Shown here: positions 29,182 through 38,204 of the stretch, piece by piece | Layout: every line of letters begins with the position of its first letter | Numbering within the stretch: the first letter of the stretch is position 1 | NCBI GenBank assembly: GCA_945900965.1 | Contig: CAMDKM010000007.1 | Location: 17,732-81,731 of the forward strand | Direction of reading: 5' to 3' | Source: Bordetella parapertussis | GTDB taxonomy: Bacteria; Pseudomonadota; Gammaproteobacteria; Burkholderiales; JACQAP01 | Length of the DNA: 64,000 bases | Made by a program: the position numbers and the translations under genes | The notes under the pieces: model-generated | What the model was told of the DNA's origin: nothing | What the model saw: the letters and a program-made list of their open reading frames with translations, nothing else | The model's database searches: none

Positions 29182-30351
29182 ATGCCGGCAGGCGATAGCT
29201 TCCTGTCTTCTTTCCGCGGCTTTCTGATTGCCGCCGCCTGCGCCACGCTGACCGGGTGCGCGGGAAGTCCGATTGCAAACGTTTCCCGGGGGCCGTCACC
29301 TGACGGCGCCGAAAGTAGCGGGCAAACATCCGATCCTCTCCCGCAGGAGAAGGCCGAAATGACCGTGGGATTCGAACGGACCATTGCTCCCGCCGCCGGG
29401 AGCGAGGAATTCAAGGCTAACCGCCTCTCGGCAAAACACGGCATGGTCAAAATTGTCTATGACGACCATTCCGCCGAAGAATATGGTGGGGTCGCACTTA
29501 ACGCCCATCATGTGCTAAGCGCCTGCCCGGCAGGGCAATTCACCAAGGCAAGCGTCGTGAATTTTTCCGGACGTTCGTTGTCCGCCGTTCCGTTCGCGAA
29601 CAACGCCACCCAAGGTCTGTGTGTTCTTCAAGTCAAGGAGACGGTGGAGCACTCCCTGGAACATCGTATGCGCCGTGTCCTGAAAAAAGGCGAGCCAGTT
29701 TATGCCCCCAGGCAAATCGGCGGCAGCACGGCAATGCACGAATCGAAGTTCGAGCGATTTTCCTTCGCGACAGGCAGGGCCATGGTTGTTGTGGGCCCGG
29801 CCACCGGGCCAATTTTCCCGGGTCAGCCCCTGTACGATGAAATGGGCTATCTGGTGGGCATGTTTACCACCGCCACATCCGGTGGAAAATCCGGCGACAT
29901 GGCCGAAAATCTGGAATGGATCATCTCACTGCTTATTTTGCCCAAACCTTGTGTCCCCAATGCCGCGCAGGCAGTCGAGACCGCGCGCGCCAAATTGGGC
30001 CAGCTTTCCTGGCCGCGCGACTTCGATGCCAGGAACAAGGATCCGGATAAATTCGAATCGAATGTCCAGCAATTCGCCCAGGAGTTCGCCTTCAGGCTGC
30101 GGTTTTCACGCAATCCCTATTGGTACCCGCCCGCGGCTTGGTCGCGCCGCCAGTCGGGAGATGCCAGCATCGCGATACGAATCAGGCCCAACGGAAAACG
30201 CACATTTGCCGTCGTCGTATTTCCGGTCGATGACAATCTGGCCGAAGGGGCACTCGCCATCCTGTACTGCGTTCCGTTTCCCGAGACGCCACTGGTGCTA
30301 AAAGGGCGAGACATTCAATTTGTTCAGACCTTGCGCTTTCGGTACAGGTAA
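29182..30351 (+). CDS. putative lipoprotein: degenerate trypsin-like domain plus TonB-C-like domain
   Basis: LTGC lipobox; PGQPLYDEMGYLVG resembles the S1C Ser motif region; C-terminal YPPAA...GDASIAIRIRPNG...PFP. Confidence 0.55.
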   Translation: MPAGDSFLSSFRGFLIAAACATLTGCAGSPIANVSRGPSPDGAESSGQTSDPLPQEKAEMTVGFERTIAPAAGSEEFKANRLSAKHGMVKIVYDDHSAEEYGGVALNAHHVLSACPAGQFTKASVVNFSGRSLSAVPFANNATQGLCVLQVKETVEHSLEHRMRRVLKKGEPVYAPRQIGGSTAMHESKFERFSFATGRAMVVVGPATGPIFPGQPLYDEMGYLVGMFTTATSGGKSGDMAENLEWIISLLILPKPCVPNAAQAVETARAKLGQLSWPRDFDARNKDPDKFESNVQQFAQEFAFRLRFSRNPYWYPPAAWSRRQSGDASIAIRIRPNGKRTFAVVVFPVDDNLAEGALAILYCVPFPETPLVLKGRDIQFVQTLRFRYR

Positions 30352-30459
30352 TCCTTGTCCGAAGTCGCACCGCGTACCGGGGCCAAACCGCGACGCACCT
30401 TCAAGAAATGGACTGGGCCGTTCGCGCTGTTGTCCGCTGGCAGCCCGGTACAAGATCGC

Positions 30460-31962
30460 CTACAAGTCGAAGCGAATGCCTTGGGCCAGCGGCAGCTCAG
30501 ATGAGTAATTGATCGTATTGGTCGCACGGCGCATGTAGGCCTTCCACGAATCCGACCCGGACTCCCTTCCGCCGCCGGTATCTTTTTCTCCTCCGAAAGC
30601 TCCGCCTATCTCCGCCCCGGAAGTACCGATGTTGACGTTGGCAATCCCGCAGTCGGAGCCGGCGCTGCTCAAAAATAATTCTGTCTCGCGCAGGTCGTTG
30701 CTGAAGATACAAGACGACAATCCATGCCTTGCCGCGTTGTGCTGCGCCAGGGCCTCGTCAAGGCTGTCATAGGGCATGGCGTAGAGGATGGGTGCGAAGG
30801 TTTCATCCAGAACGATCTCGGCTTGACGCTGCATGGCCGCCAGGGCAGGGCGGACATACAAACCCGGCTGTATGTCCCGTACACGCTCGCCGCCGACAAT
30901 CCAACGCGCATCGGTACGCGCTCGTGCCAGCGCCGATTGCATGGCGAGAAAGGCGCCCTCGTCGATGACCGGTCCGACCAGAACCCCCTCCTCCAGGGGA
31001 TTGCCCACCGTTACGCGAAGATAAAAGGCCTTCAGGCGTTCGAGGAAAGTATCGTACAAGGAGCGATGGACGAACAGGCGTCGCAGGGAAGTGCAGCGCT
31101 GTCCCGCGGTGCCTACGGCCGCGAACAGAATCGCGCGTTCGGCCAGCGCAAGATCCGCCGAGGGCGCCACGATGGCGGCGTTGTTTCCGCCAAGCTCCAG
31201 AATGGTACGCACAAAGCGTGGCGCCATCTGTGCCGCCACCGCTTTGCCCATGGCAGTTGATCCGGTGGCGGAGACCAGGCGAATCTTCGGATGATCGAGC
31301 AGCAGACGCGCGTGATCGCCTGTGCCGAATACCAATTGAATCAGATGCATCGGTGTATTTTGACTGGCGCGGCAGGCTTGCTCGAACAAGGCGTGCATCG
31401 CCAAAGCGGTCAGTGGTGTCTTTTCGGATGGCTTCCACAACGCACTGTTGCCGCAGACAATGGCCAGCGCGGCGTTCCAGGCCCACACCGCGACCGGAAA
31501 ATTGAACGCCGTAATTACCGCAGTAGGGCCCAGGGGATGCCAAGTCTCCATCATGCGATGTCCGGCCCGTTCGCTGGCAATGGTGAGGCCGTGCAGTTGC
31601 CGGGACAATCCCACGGCGAATTCGCAGATGTCGATCACCTCCTGCACTTCGCCCAGCCCTTCCTGGAGGATCTTGCCGGTCTCGATGGTGACCAGCCTGC
31701 CCAGTTGCGCTTTATGGGCACGCACCGCTTCGCCAAATACCCGGATCAACTCGCCGCGCCGCGGTGCCGGAGTCGCGCGCCAGGCCAGAAACGCGCTGTG
31801 CGCCTGCGCTACTTTGTTCTGGATGTTCGCCTGCGTATCGACCACGACCCCACCTATGCGCGAGCCGTCGATGGGAGTGCGCGCGATCAAACCCTGCGGT
31901 GAATCCGCCGCGCTTACCGCTAACGCTCGCAGAATATCCTGGGTGTCGTTGTAAAGGCTCAT
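30460..31962 (-). CDS. aldehyde dehydrogenase family 7 (alpha-aminoadipic semialdehyde/P6C dehydrogenase)
   Basis: ITAFNFPVAVWAWN, LELGGNNA, GTAGQRCTS, GRESGSDSWKAYMRR. Confidence 0.9.
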   Translation of the reverse strand: MSLYNDTQDILRALAVSAADSPQGLIARTPIDGSRIGGVVVDTQANIQNKVAQAHSAFLAWRATPAPRRGELIRVFGEAVRAHKAQLGRLVTIETGKILQEGLGEVQEVIDICEFAVGLSRQLHGLTIASERAGHRMMETWHPLGPTAVITAFNFPVAVWAWNAALAIVCGNSALWKPSEKTPLTALAMHALFEQACRASQNTPMHLIQLVFGTGDHARLLLDHPKIRLVSATGSTAMGKAVAAQMAPRFVRTILELGGNNAAIVAPSADLALAERAILFAAVGTAGQRCTSLRRLFVHRSLYDTFLERLKAFYLRVTVGNPLEEGVLVGPVIDEGAFLAMQSALARARTDARWIVGGERVRDIQPGLYVRPALAAMQRQAEIVLDETFAPILYAMPYDSLDEALAQHNAARHGLSSCIFSNDLRETELFLSSAGSDCGIANVNIGTSGAEIGGAFGGEKDTGGGRESGSDSWKAYMRRATNTINYSSELPLAQGIRFDL

Positions 31963-31971
31963 GGCAGCTCC

Positions 31972-33063
31972 TTATGCCGCAGCGGTCTCGTAAGCCCGGC
32001 CGAATCGATTAGCAAGAAAATCCGCGAGCGTTATCTGTTCCTGCCGGATAAAACCGGCCTGCGGCAATTTCCCGGAAGCGAAAAGATCCACCACCGCGCA
32101 GACACCGCTGGCCGTCGTAATCTGGATCGCCGTCATGGGCAATCCGCACCATGTCTGAGAATAAATTTTCCGCGCGAAGGATGTCTGCACGCGTTTGCCG
32201 CCCCGCACCCCGGAGGCCGAGACAAATACCACGACAACGTCCTGCTCCGTGGTGGGAATCGCGGTTTCAAGGATTTCCTTCATGGTCTCGCGCTTGCCCG
32301 CCAGGCCAAAGTCTTGCAACAGTAATTTCGCGATGTCGCGGTGCCCCGGATAACGAATGGTCTTGTAATCCAGATACTGCACCTTGCCTTCCAGCGTCTC
32401 GGCCAGGGTGCCCAGACCGCCGGAGGTATTAAATGCCTCATAGTGCGCGCCATCCAGAGCGAAAGTCTCGTAGCCCTCTAGCGGCGGCACCTCTATGCGT
32501 CGGCCATCAACGATGGCTTCACAGGGGTGGACGTATTCATTGATGAGCCCGTCCACCGACCAGGTCAGGTTGTATTTAAGCGCGTTGGTGGGATATTGCG
32601 GCAGCGCACCGACACGCATGTGTAATCGCTCCAACTTATCGAATCCCTGGGATAAGGCATGGCCGGCAATGGCGATGAACCCTGGGGCAAGCCCGCACTG
32701 GGGCATGAAGGCGGTCTTGGCATCTCGAGCCAGGTCGCGAATGGTGCGGGTGGCCGAGACGTCTTCCGTCAAATCGAAATAGTGAACGCGTTCGGCCGCC
32801 GCGGCCGCCGCGACCGTACTCGCCAGTTGAAACGGCAGGGCATTTACCAGAATATCGTAGCCTTGAATGCGGCGCGCGAAGCTGGCCACATTGGAACCTT
32901 CGATCTCAAAGCAACGCTCCGGAAATTCCTCCCGCACTTCCTTGCCGACGACGCGGTCTCCCACCCAGACATCGTACTGTGGCCCGCCCTGCGCCGTGCG
33001 CAGCATATGCGCCACCGATCGCCCGATGTGGCCTGTACCCAGGACCAGAACACGTTTCGACAT
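31972..33063 (-). CDS. saccharopine dehydrogenase family protein (lysine 6-dehydrogenase-like)
   Basis: GTGHIG, YFDLTEDV, QCGLAPG, TWSVDGLINEY, YKTIRYPGH. Confidence 0.88.
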   Translation of the reverse strand: MSKRVLVLGTGHIGRSVAHMLRTAQGGPQYDVWVGDRVVGKEVREEFPERCFEIEGSNVASFARRIQGYDILVNALPFQLASTVAAAAAAERVHYFDLTEDVSATRTIRDLARDAKTAFMPQCGLAPGFIAIAGHALSQGFDKLERLHMRVGALPQYPTNALKYNLTWSVDGLINEYVHPCEAIVDGRRIEVPPLEGYETFALDGAHYEAFNTSGGLGTLAETLEGKVQYLDYKTIRYPGHRDIAKLLLQDFGLAGKRETMKEILETAIPTTEQDVVVVFVSASGVRGGKRVQTSFARKIYSQTWCGLPMTAIQITTASGVCAVVDLFASGKLPQAGFIRQEQITLADFLANRFGRAYETAAA

Positions 33064-33146
33064 GAATTTTCCCTCAGCCAGGCCATTATCCGAAAAACCG
33101 AAGCAAGCTTAATCCGGGCCAGGGCCGGGTCTGCCGAGCCCGGAGC

Positions 33147-33216
33147 AGGATTGAGGATCGAGGGGTTCACCCTTCACCCTTCACCCTTACCCCTTACCCC
33201 TTACCCCTTACCCCTT
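33147..33216. repeat. heptamer tandem array TTCACCC/TTACCCC
   Basis: TTCACCC x3 then TTACCCC x4, preceded by opposite-sense AGGATTG AGGATCG. Confidence 0.85.
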
Positions 33217-33267
33217 CCGCATTCACTCTTGCGAGTTCCGCCTCGTCCGGCTTAGAATTTTTCTTCG

Positions 33268-34158
33268 TCAGAACCCTTGTTTCCTGGCTATCGAGTCATA
33301 TTCGAACCAGAACGCATCCTGGCGCCGAATGATGCGTCCCAGTGACGGTTCCGGGAAATGCGTGGCACACACCGTCACACCCGTGTCGCAGTAGCGTTCC
33401 AGAAATTTCCGCCGCGTTGCGCTGGCCAGGGCAGGATCCACGTCGGCACGCATGATCCAGCCTGGTTCACGGCACTGCACCGGACTGTGGATACAGTCGC
33501 CGGTGATGACAGCCTGGGCGCCCTGCGAGGCAAGATAAACGCACACATGGCCCGGCGTGTGTCCCGGCGAGGGTTCCAGCCAGACTTCGTCATCCAGGGC
33601 AAAGTCGGCACCCACCAGTTGCACCTGACCCGCCTCCATCACCGGCAGGATGCTGTCCACATAGTGCGGCTGGGGTTGCTTGCGGTGCAGAGCTTCGAAG
33701 TTCTCCCATTCCTGGCGGGCGAAGATGTACTTCGCATTCGGGAAGGTCGGCACCCAGCGACCATCGCGCAACCGGGTGTTCCAGCCGACATGGTCCCAGT
33801 GCAAATGGGTACACATCACGTAGTCCACCTCCTCGGGCGCCACCCCGGCAGCGGCAAGATGCGGCAGAAAAGTGTTCCACTGCTTCATGTCCCAGAACGG
33901 ACGCTGCGGGCGGGGCTTGTGATCTCCGACACAAGTGTCAACCAGAATGGTGTGATGTCGTGTGCGCACCAGAAACGCCTGAATCGGCAGGATAAGATTG
34001 CCGGTAACCGGCTGCAGAGCCCAGGGCTCCATCCAATTCTTGTGCAATGCCCAGTCTTCCGCCGTGGATTGCGGAAAAAAACTCCGCGCCTCGAACCCCG
34101 TGCAGATGGACTCGACGATGCGCTGGATGACGATCTCGCCTACGGCATATTGCCTCAC
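33268..34158 (-). CDS. MBL-fold metallo-hydrolase (lactonase-like)
   Basis: THLHWDHVGWN, PGHTPGH, GDCIH; GTG start at 34158 behind a GGAGG RBS. Confidence 0.88.
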   Translation of the reverse strand: MRQYAVGEIVIQRIVESICTGFEARSFFPQSTAEDWALHKNWMEPWALQPVTGNLILPIQAFLVRTRHHTILVDTCVGDHKPRPQRPFWDMKQWNTFLPHLAAAGVAPEEVDYVMCTHLHWDHVGWNTRLRDGRWVPTFPNAKYIFARQEWENFEALHRKQPQPHYVDSILPVMEAGQVQLVGADFALDDEVWLEPSPGHTPGHVCVYLASQGAQAVITGDCIHSPVQCREPGWIMRADVDPALASATRRKFLERYCDTGVTVCATHFPEPSLGRIIRRQDAFWFEYDSIARKQGF

Positions 34159-34360
34159 AGCCCCTCCGCCCACGCTTTTTTGCACGTATTGCCTACAGGG
34201 TAGTGTATTCGAAGAAATATGATTGCGTCTCCAACTGTCATTCTCGTGCAAACGGCAATCCAGATTATTCAAAAAAAGCAGGCTTCTGCTCCCGACAAAA
34301 CCGATCGGAGAAGAGTTATTGGAGGACGACACTTGCTCAGTATTGCCTTTACACGGTACC

Positions 34361-34390
34361 GGCGGGTTACGCTTCGCTAACCCACCCTAC
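34361..34390 (-). repeat. GTAG-type REP
   Basis: Reverse complement GTAGGGTGGGTTAGCGAAGCGTAACCCGCC: GTAG head plus hairpin. Confidence 0.8.
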
Positions 34391-34402
34391 GCATCTTTTT
34401 TC

Positions 34403-34445
34403 CTTTGCGTCCTTTCTTGATCTTCCTTTGCGCCTTTGCGTCGAC
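34403..34445. repeat. single CTTTGCG-type arm
   Basis: CTTTGCGCCTTTGCGTCGA matches the right arms ending at 6440 and 6710. Confidence 0.75.
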
Positions 34446-34471
34446 GATTCACTTTTGATTTTTGAACCCGG

Positions 34472-35287
34472 CTACTGGGTATCCGTGGCGCGAGGACGGC
34501 CAACCAGAGTCGTACCACCGTCCACCACCAATGTCTGCCCTGTGATGAAGCGCGCCTGATCGGATAGCAGGAAGCGAATGGCATTACCGATATCCCACCC
34601 GGTTCCTTCCACGCCCAGCACCGAGGCTTCACGACGCCGCTCGCGTGCGGCTGGACTCATGCCCACTGCATACACCATCGGCGTATAAACTGGTCCGGGT
34701 GCAACACAGTTAACACGAATGCCTTGCGGGCCGTGGTCCACCGCCATTGCGCGGGTCAACGCGATCACGGCGCCTTTGGACGTGGAATAAGCAGTCATGC
34801 CCCGCGGGCGCAAAGCGGCAATCGAGGCCACATTGACAATCGCCCCGGCACCGGCAGTCTTGATCATGGCGGGAATGGCATGCCGGGAGGCGAGGAACAT
34901 GCTGTCCACATTGACCTGCATGATCCGGTGCCACCGATCCACATCTTCCTCGACTACACTGCCCTTGCCGTCGATGCCGACGTTGTTGTCCAGCAAATCG
35001 AGACGGCCGAATTGAGAGAGCGCGGTTTCGACCATCGCGCGGCATTGCGCTTCGTCGGTAACATCCGCCGCGAACGCGGCGGCCTTGCCGCCTTCGTCCG
35101 TAATCATCTTGACCGTGCGCTGGGCAAGATCGAATTTCTGGTCCACCACCAGCACCCGCGCCCCGACCCGGGCGAGCAGAATAGCTGCCGCCCGGCCATT
35201 GCCAATGCCGTCTCCCGCCGCCCCGCCGCCGGTGACGATGGCAACTTTGCCGGCGAGGCCGAAGTCCTGACTGGATTGTGAATTCAT
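34472..35287 (-). CDS. SDR family oxidoreductase
   Basis: TGGGAAGDGIGNG, NNVG, YSTSK. Confidence 0.9.
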   Translation of the reverse strand: MNSQSSQDFGLAGKVAIVTGGGAAGDGIGNGRAAAILLARVGARVLVVDQKFDLAQRTVKMITDEGGKAAAFAADVTDEAQCRAMVETALSQFGRLDLLDNNVGIDGKGSVVEEDVDRWHRIMQVNVDSMFLASRHAIPAMIKTAGAGAIVNVASIAALRPRGMTAYSTSKGAVIALTRAMAVDHGPQGIRVNCVAPGPVYTPMVYAVGMSPAARERRREASVLGVEGTGWDIGNAIRFLLSDQARFITGQTLVVDGGTTLVGRPRATDTQ

Positions 35288-35460
35288 GTCATCTCCTCCT
35301 GCTCAGGACCCAATGAACATGGGGTCCTTAGAGAAAAATAGTTGGCAATGTTGTCGAAACATTGTATCAACCGGCCTGCGCGCATGTTTGGGCAATCCGC
35401 AGCCGCCATCCAGCACGCATACAATGTGCGGATCGTCCGTTCGAGAATTAAGGATTACCA

Positions 35461-36894
35461 ATGCCAACAACCCCCAACGCCAGTTTCGACGCGAAGTCAC
35501 TCGAAGCATTCATTTCTCAGAAATGGGATGGCGACATCGTCCCGCGTCTGGTCGAGTACATCCGCATACCCTGCAAGTCGCCGCACTTCGATCGCGACTG
35601 GGCCGCCAACGGCCATATCGACTCCGCAGTCAAGCTGGCCGAGGGCTGGTCGCAGGCGCAAAACATTCCCGGATTGAAGCTCCAAGTCGTTCGCCTGGCC
35701 AACCGCACACCGGTAATTTTCTTCGAACTGCCCGGCGATGCGCCCGGCACCATTCTCATGTACGGCCACCTCGACAAGCAGCCGGAGATGACTGGCTGGC
35801 GGGAAGGCTTTGGGCCGTGGATACCGGTGCTGCAGGACGGCAAGCTCTATGGCCGCGGCGGCGCGGACGACGGCTACGCGATCTTCGCGTCGCTGGCAGC
35901 ACTGTCCGCGCTCAAAGAGCAACGCATTCCGCACGCGCGCATTGTAGGCTTGATCGAATGCTGCGAGGAAAGCGGCAGCTTCGACCTGCCCGCCTATCTG
36001 GACGCGCTGAAATCACGCATCGGCACTGTCGATCTCGTCATCGGCCTCGATTCCGGCTGCGGCAACTATGATCAATTGTGGATGACCACCAGCCTGCGCG
36101 GCATCGCGGCCGGCACACTCACCGTGGAAGTGCTCAACGAAGGCGTGCACTCGGGGGACGCCAGCGGCGTCGTGCCTTCGAGCTTCCGAATCGCACGGCT
36201 ATTGCTGGATCGTCTGGAAGACGCAAAGACCGGGCGCATCCTGCCGAAGGAGTTTTATTGCGACATCCCCTCCGAGCGCACCGACCAGGCAGCCCTCGCC
36301 GGCCAAACGCTCGGCGAAGCCATGCTCACGCGCTTTCCTTTCGCCGGCAAGACACGGCCAATGATCAGCGATCATGGCGAAGCCGTGCTGAACCGCACCT
36401 GGCGGCCCTTCCTGTCGATCATCGGCGCCGATGGCATGCCCGCCATCAAGGACGCCGGCAACGTGCTGCGCCCAAGAACCGCCCTCAAACTCAGCCTGCG
36501 CATCCCGCCGCTTATCGACGGCAAGCGCGCCACCGAAGACCTGAAACGCATTCTCGAAGCCGATCCACCCCATGGGGCGAAAGTGAGCTTCGAAGCCGAC
36601 CAGGGCGCCAGCGGCTGGCACGCCTCGGCCACCGCACCGTGGCTGAAGGAGACGGTGGATGCCGCGTCAAAGCAGTTCTACGGAAAGCCCGCGATGATGA
36701 TGGGCGAAGGCGGCACCATCCCCTTCATGGCCATGCTCGGCAAATCATTTCCGCAAGCGCAGTTCCTGATCACCGGCGTGCTTGGTCCGAAATCCAACGC
36801 CCACGGCCCGAACGAGTTTTTGCATATTCCCTATGCGAAGAAACTCACCGCCTGCGTGGCACAGATAATTGCGGGGCATGGAGGTTTGGCTTAA
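35461..36894 (+). CDS. M20 family metallopeptidase/dipeptidase
   Basis: GHLDKQP, GRGGADDG, EESGS, HGPNE. Confidence 0.92.
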   Translation: MPTTPNASFDAKSLEAFISQKWDGDIVPRLVEYIRIPCKSPHFDRDWAANGHIDSAVKLAEGWSQAQNIPGLKLQVVRLANRTPVIFFELPGDAPGTILMYGHLDKQPEMTGWREGFGPWIPVLQDGKLYGRGGADDGYAIFASLAALSALKEQRIPHARIVGLIECCEESGSFDLPAYLDALKSRIGTVDLVIGLDSGCGNYDQLWMTTSLRGIAAGTLTVEVLNEGVHSGDASGVVPSSFRIARLLLDRLEDAKTGRILPKEFYCDIPSERTDQAALAGQTLGEAMLTRFPFAGKTRPMISDHGEAVLNRTWRPFLSIIGADGMPAIKDAGNVLRPRTALKLSLRIPPLIDGKRATEDLKRILEADPPHGAKVSFEADQGASGWHASATAPWLKETVDAASKQFYGKPAMMMGEGGTIPFMAMLGKSFPQAQFLITGVLGPKSNAHGPNEFLHIPYAKKLTACVAQIIAGHGGLA

Positions 36895-36954
36895 TGTATC
36901 GATCCACCTCCGCCAAGGGGACGTCGGATGAATAACGCGGTAACGGAAACAATC

Positions 36955-38133
36955 ATGACAGACACATCAGCCCCAACTGCCAATGTACGCACTGCCGAGT
37001 ACACGGGCATTCTTCCCAGCCAGAAGATCAGAGCAATGGTGGATAACGACGAGATAAAGACTGTCGTCAGACCACTCGACCCTGACCAGATACAACCTGC
37101 CAGCATCGATCTGAGGCTTGGCGACTGGGCTTATCCCGTGGATACGAGCTTTCTTCCCGGTAAAGGGGTAAGAGTGCTCGACAAAATGAAGGAGCTGGAT
37201 GACCAGTACGACAAATTCAAGATTGATCTTCGCAACGGCGCTGTATTGGAGAAGGGTCGCATATACGTTATTCAGCTTATCGAAGCCATCGATTTAAGAA
37301 GCGAGGTGGCGGCGTTCGCCAACCCAAAGAGCTCAACGGGCCGCCTGGACATTCTCACCAGGTTGATTGCGGATGAAGCCGAAGTTTTTGATCAAGTGAA
37401 TGAAGGCTATAAGGGCGAACTCTACATAGAAGTGGCGCCGCGAAGTTTTAGTGTCGTGGCCAGAACCGGCACCCGTTTGAATCAGTTGAGATTCCGCCGC
37501 ACCAGAGGCGAAGCACCGAAAGCCATCTCGGCTGCCGAGTGGAGGCGGCTTCTTGGCGAAGGTCACCTGCTCAACTTCTCGGCGGAGGACGAAAACCCGC
37601 GCTCCATCAAGACAGGGGTACTACCCTTCACCATTGACTTGCAGGGACAGGAGGGCGAAGGCGGAGTGATTGGTTATCGCGCAAAAAAACACACAGGACG
37701 AATTGATCTGGACAGGCGGGACTACGACCGTTTCGATTTCTGGGATCCGATTCGTTTCCACAAGAAATCGTCGCTCACGCTGGATCCGGATGAGTTCTAT
37801 ATTCTGGTGACAAAGGAGGCGATAGCCGTCCCTCCGGACTATGCGGCGGAGATGCTGCCCTACGACACACGCGCCGGAGAGTTTCGGGTTCACTATGCCG
37901 GCTTTTTTGATCCGGGATTTGGCTGGAATTCACAAACAGGCCGGGCCGGAAGCAGCAGGGGAGTGCTCGAAGTACGCTCGCACGAAATCCCTTTCCTGCT
38001 CGAACACGGACAGACTGTCGGTTGGCTGCGCTTCGAGCGCATGGCGGCCCGACCCGAAATGCTCTATGGCGAAGACGGCCGCTCGAACTACCAGGGTCAG
38101 GGTTTGAAGTTGGCCAAGCAGTTCTCGCAGTAA
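36955..38133 (+). CDS. dcd: 2'-deoxycytidine 5'-triphosphate deaminase (long, two-domain form)
   Basis: QIQPASIDLRLG, ANPKSSTGRLD, HYAGFFDPGFG, VLEVR, NYQGQGLKLAK; alternative start at 36928. Confidence 0.88.
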   Translation: MTDTSAPTANVRTAEYTGILPSQKIRAMVDNDEIKTVVRPLDPDQIQPASIDLRLGDWAYPVDTSFLPGKGVRVLDKMKELDDQYDKFKIDLRNGAVLEKGRIYVIQLIEAIDLRSEVAAFANPKSSTGRLDILTRLIADEAEVFDQVNEGYKGELYIEVAPRSFSVVARTGTRLNQLRFRRTRGEAPKAISAAEWRRLLGEGHLLNFSAEDENPRSIKTGVLPFTIDLQGQEGEGGVIGYRAKKHTGRIDLDRRDYDRFDFWDPIRFHKKSSLTLDPDEFYILVTKEAIAVPPDYAAEMLPYDTRAGEFRVHYAGFFDPGFGWNSQTGRAGSSRGVLEVRSHEIPFLLEHGQTVGWLRFERMAARPEMLYGEDGRSNYQGQGLKLAKQFSQ

Positions 38134-38204
38134 ATCTGATTCTTGAAGTACTCAACATAAAGATTGTAGTTTCAGCATTGATGCTTTTTTTCTCTAGTGC
38201 CCCC

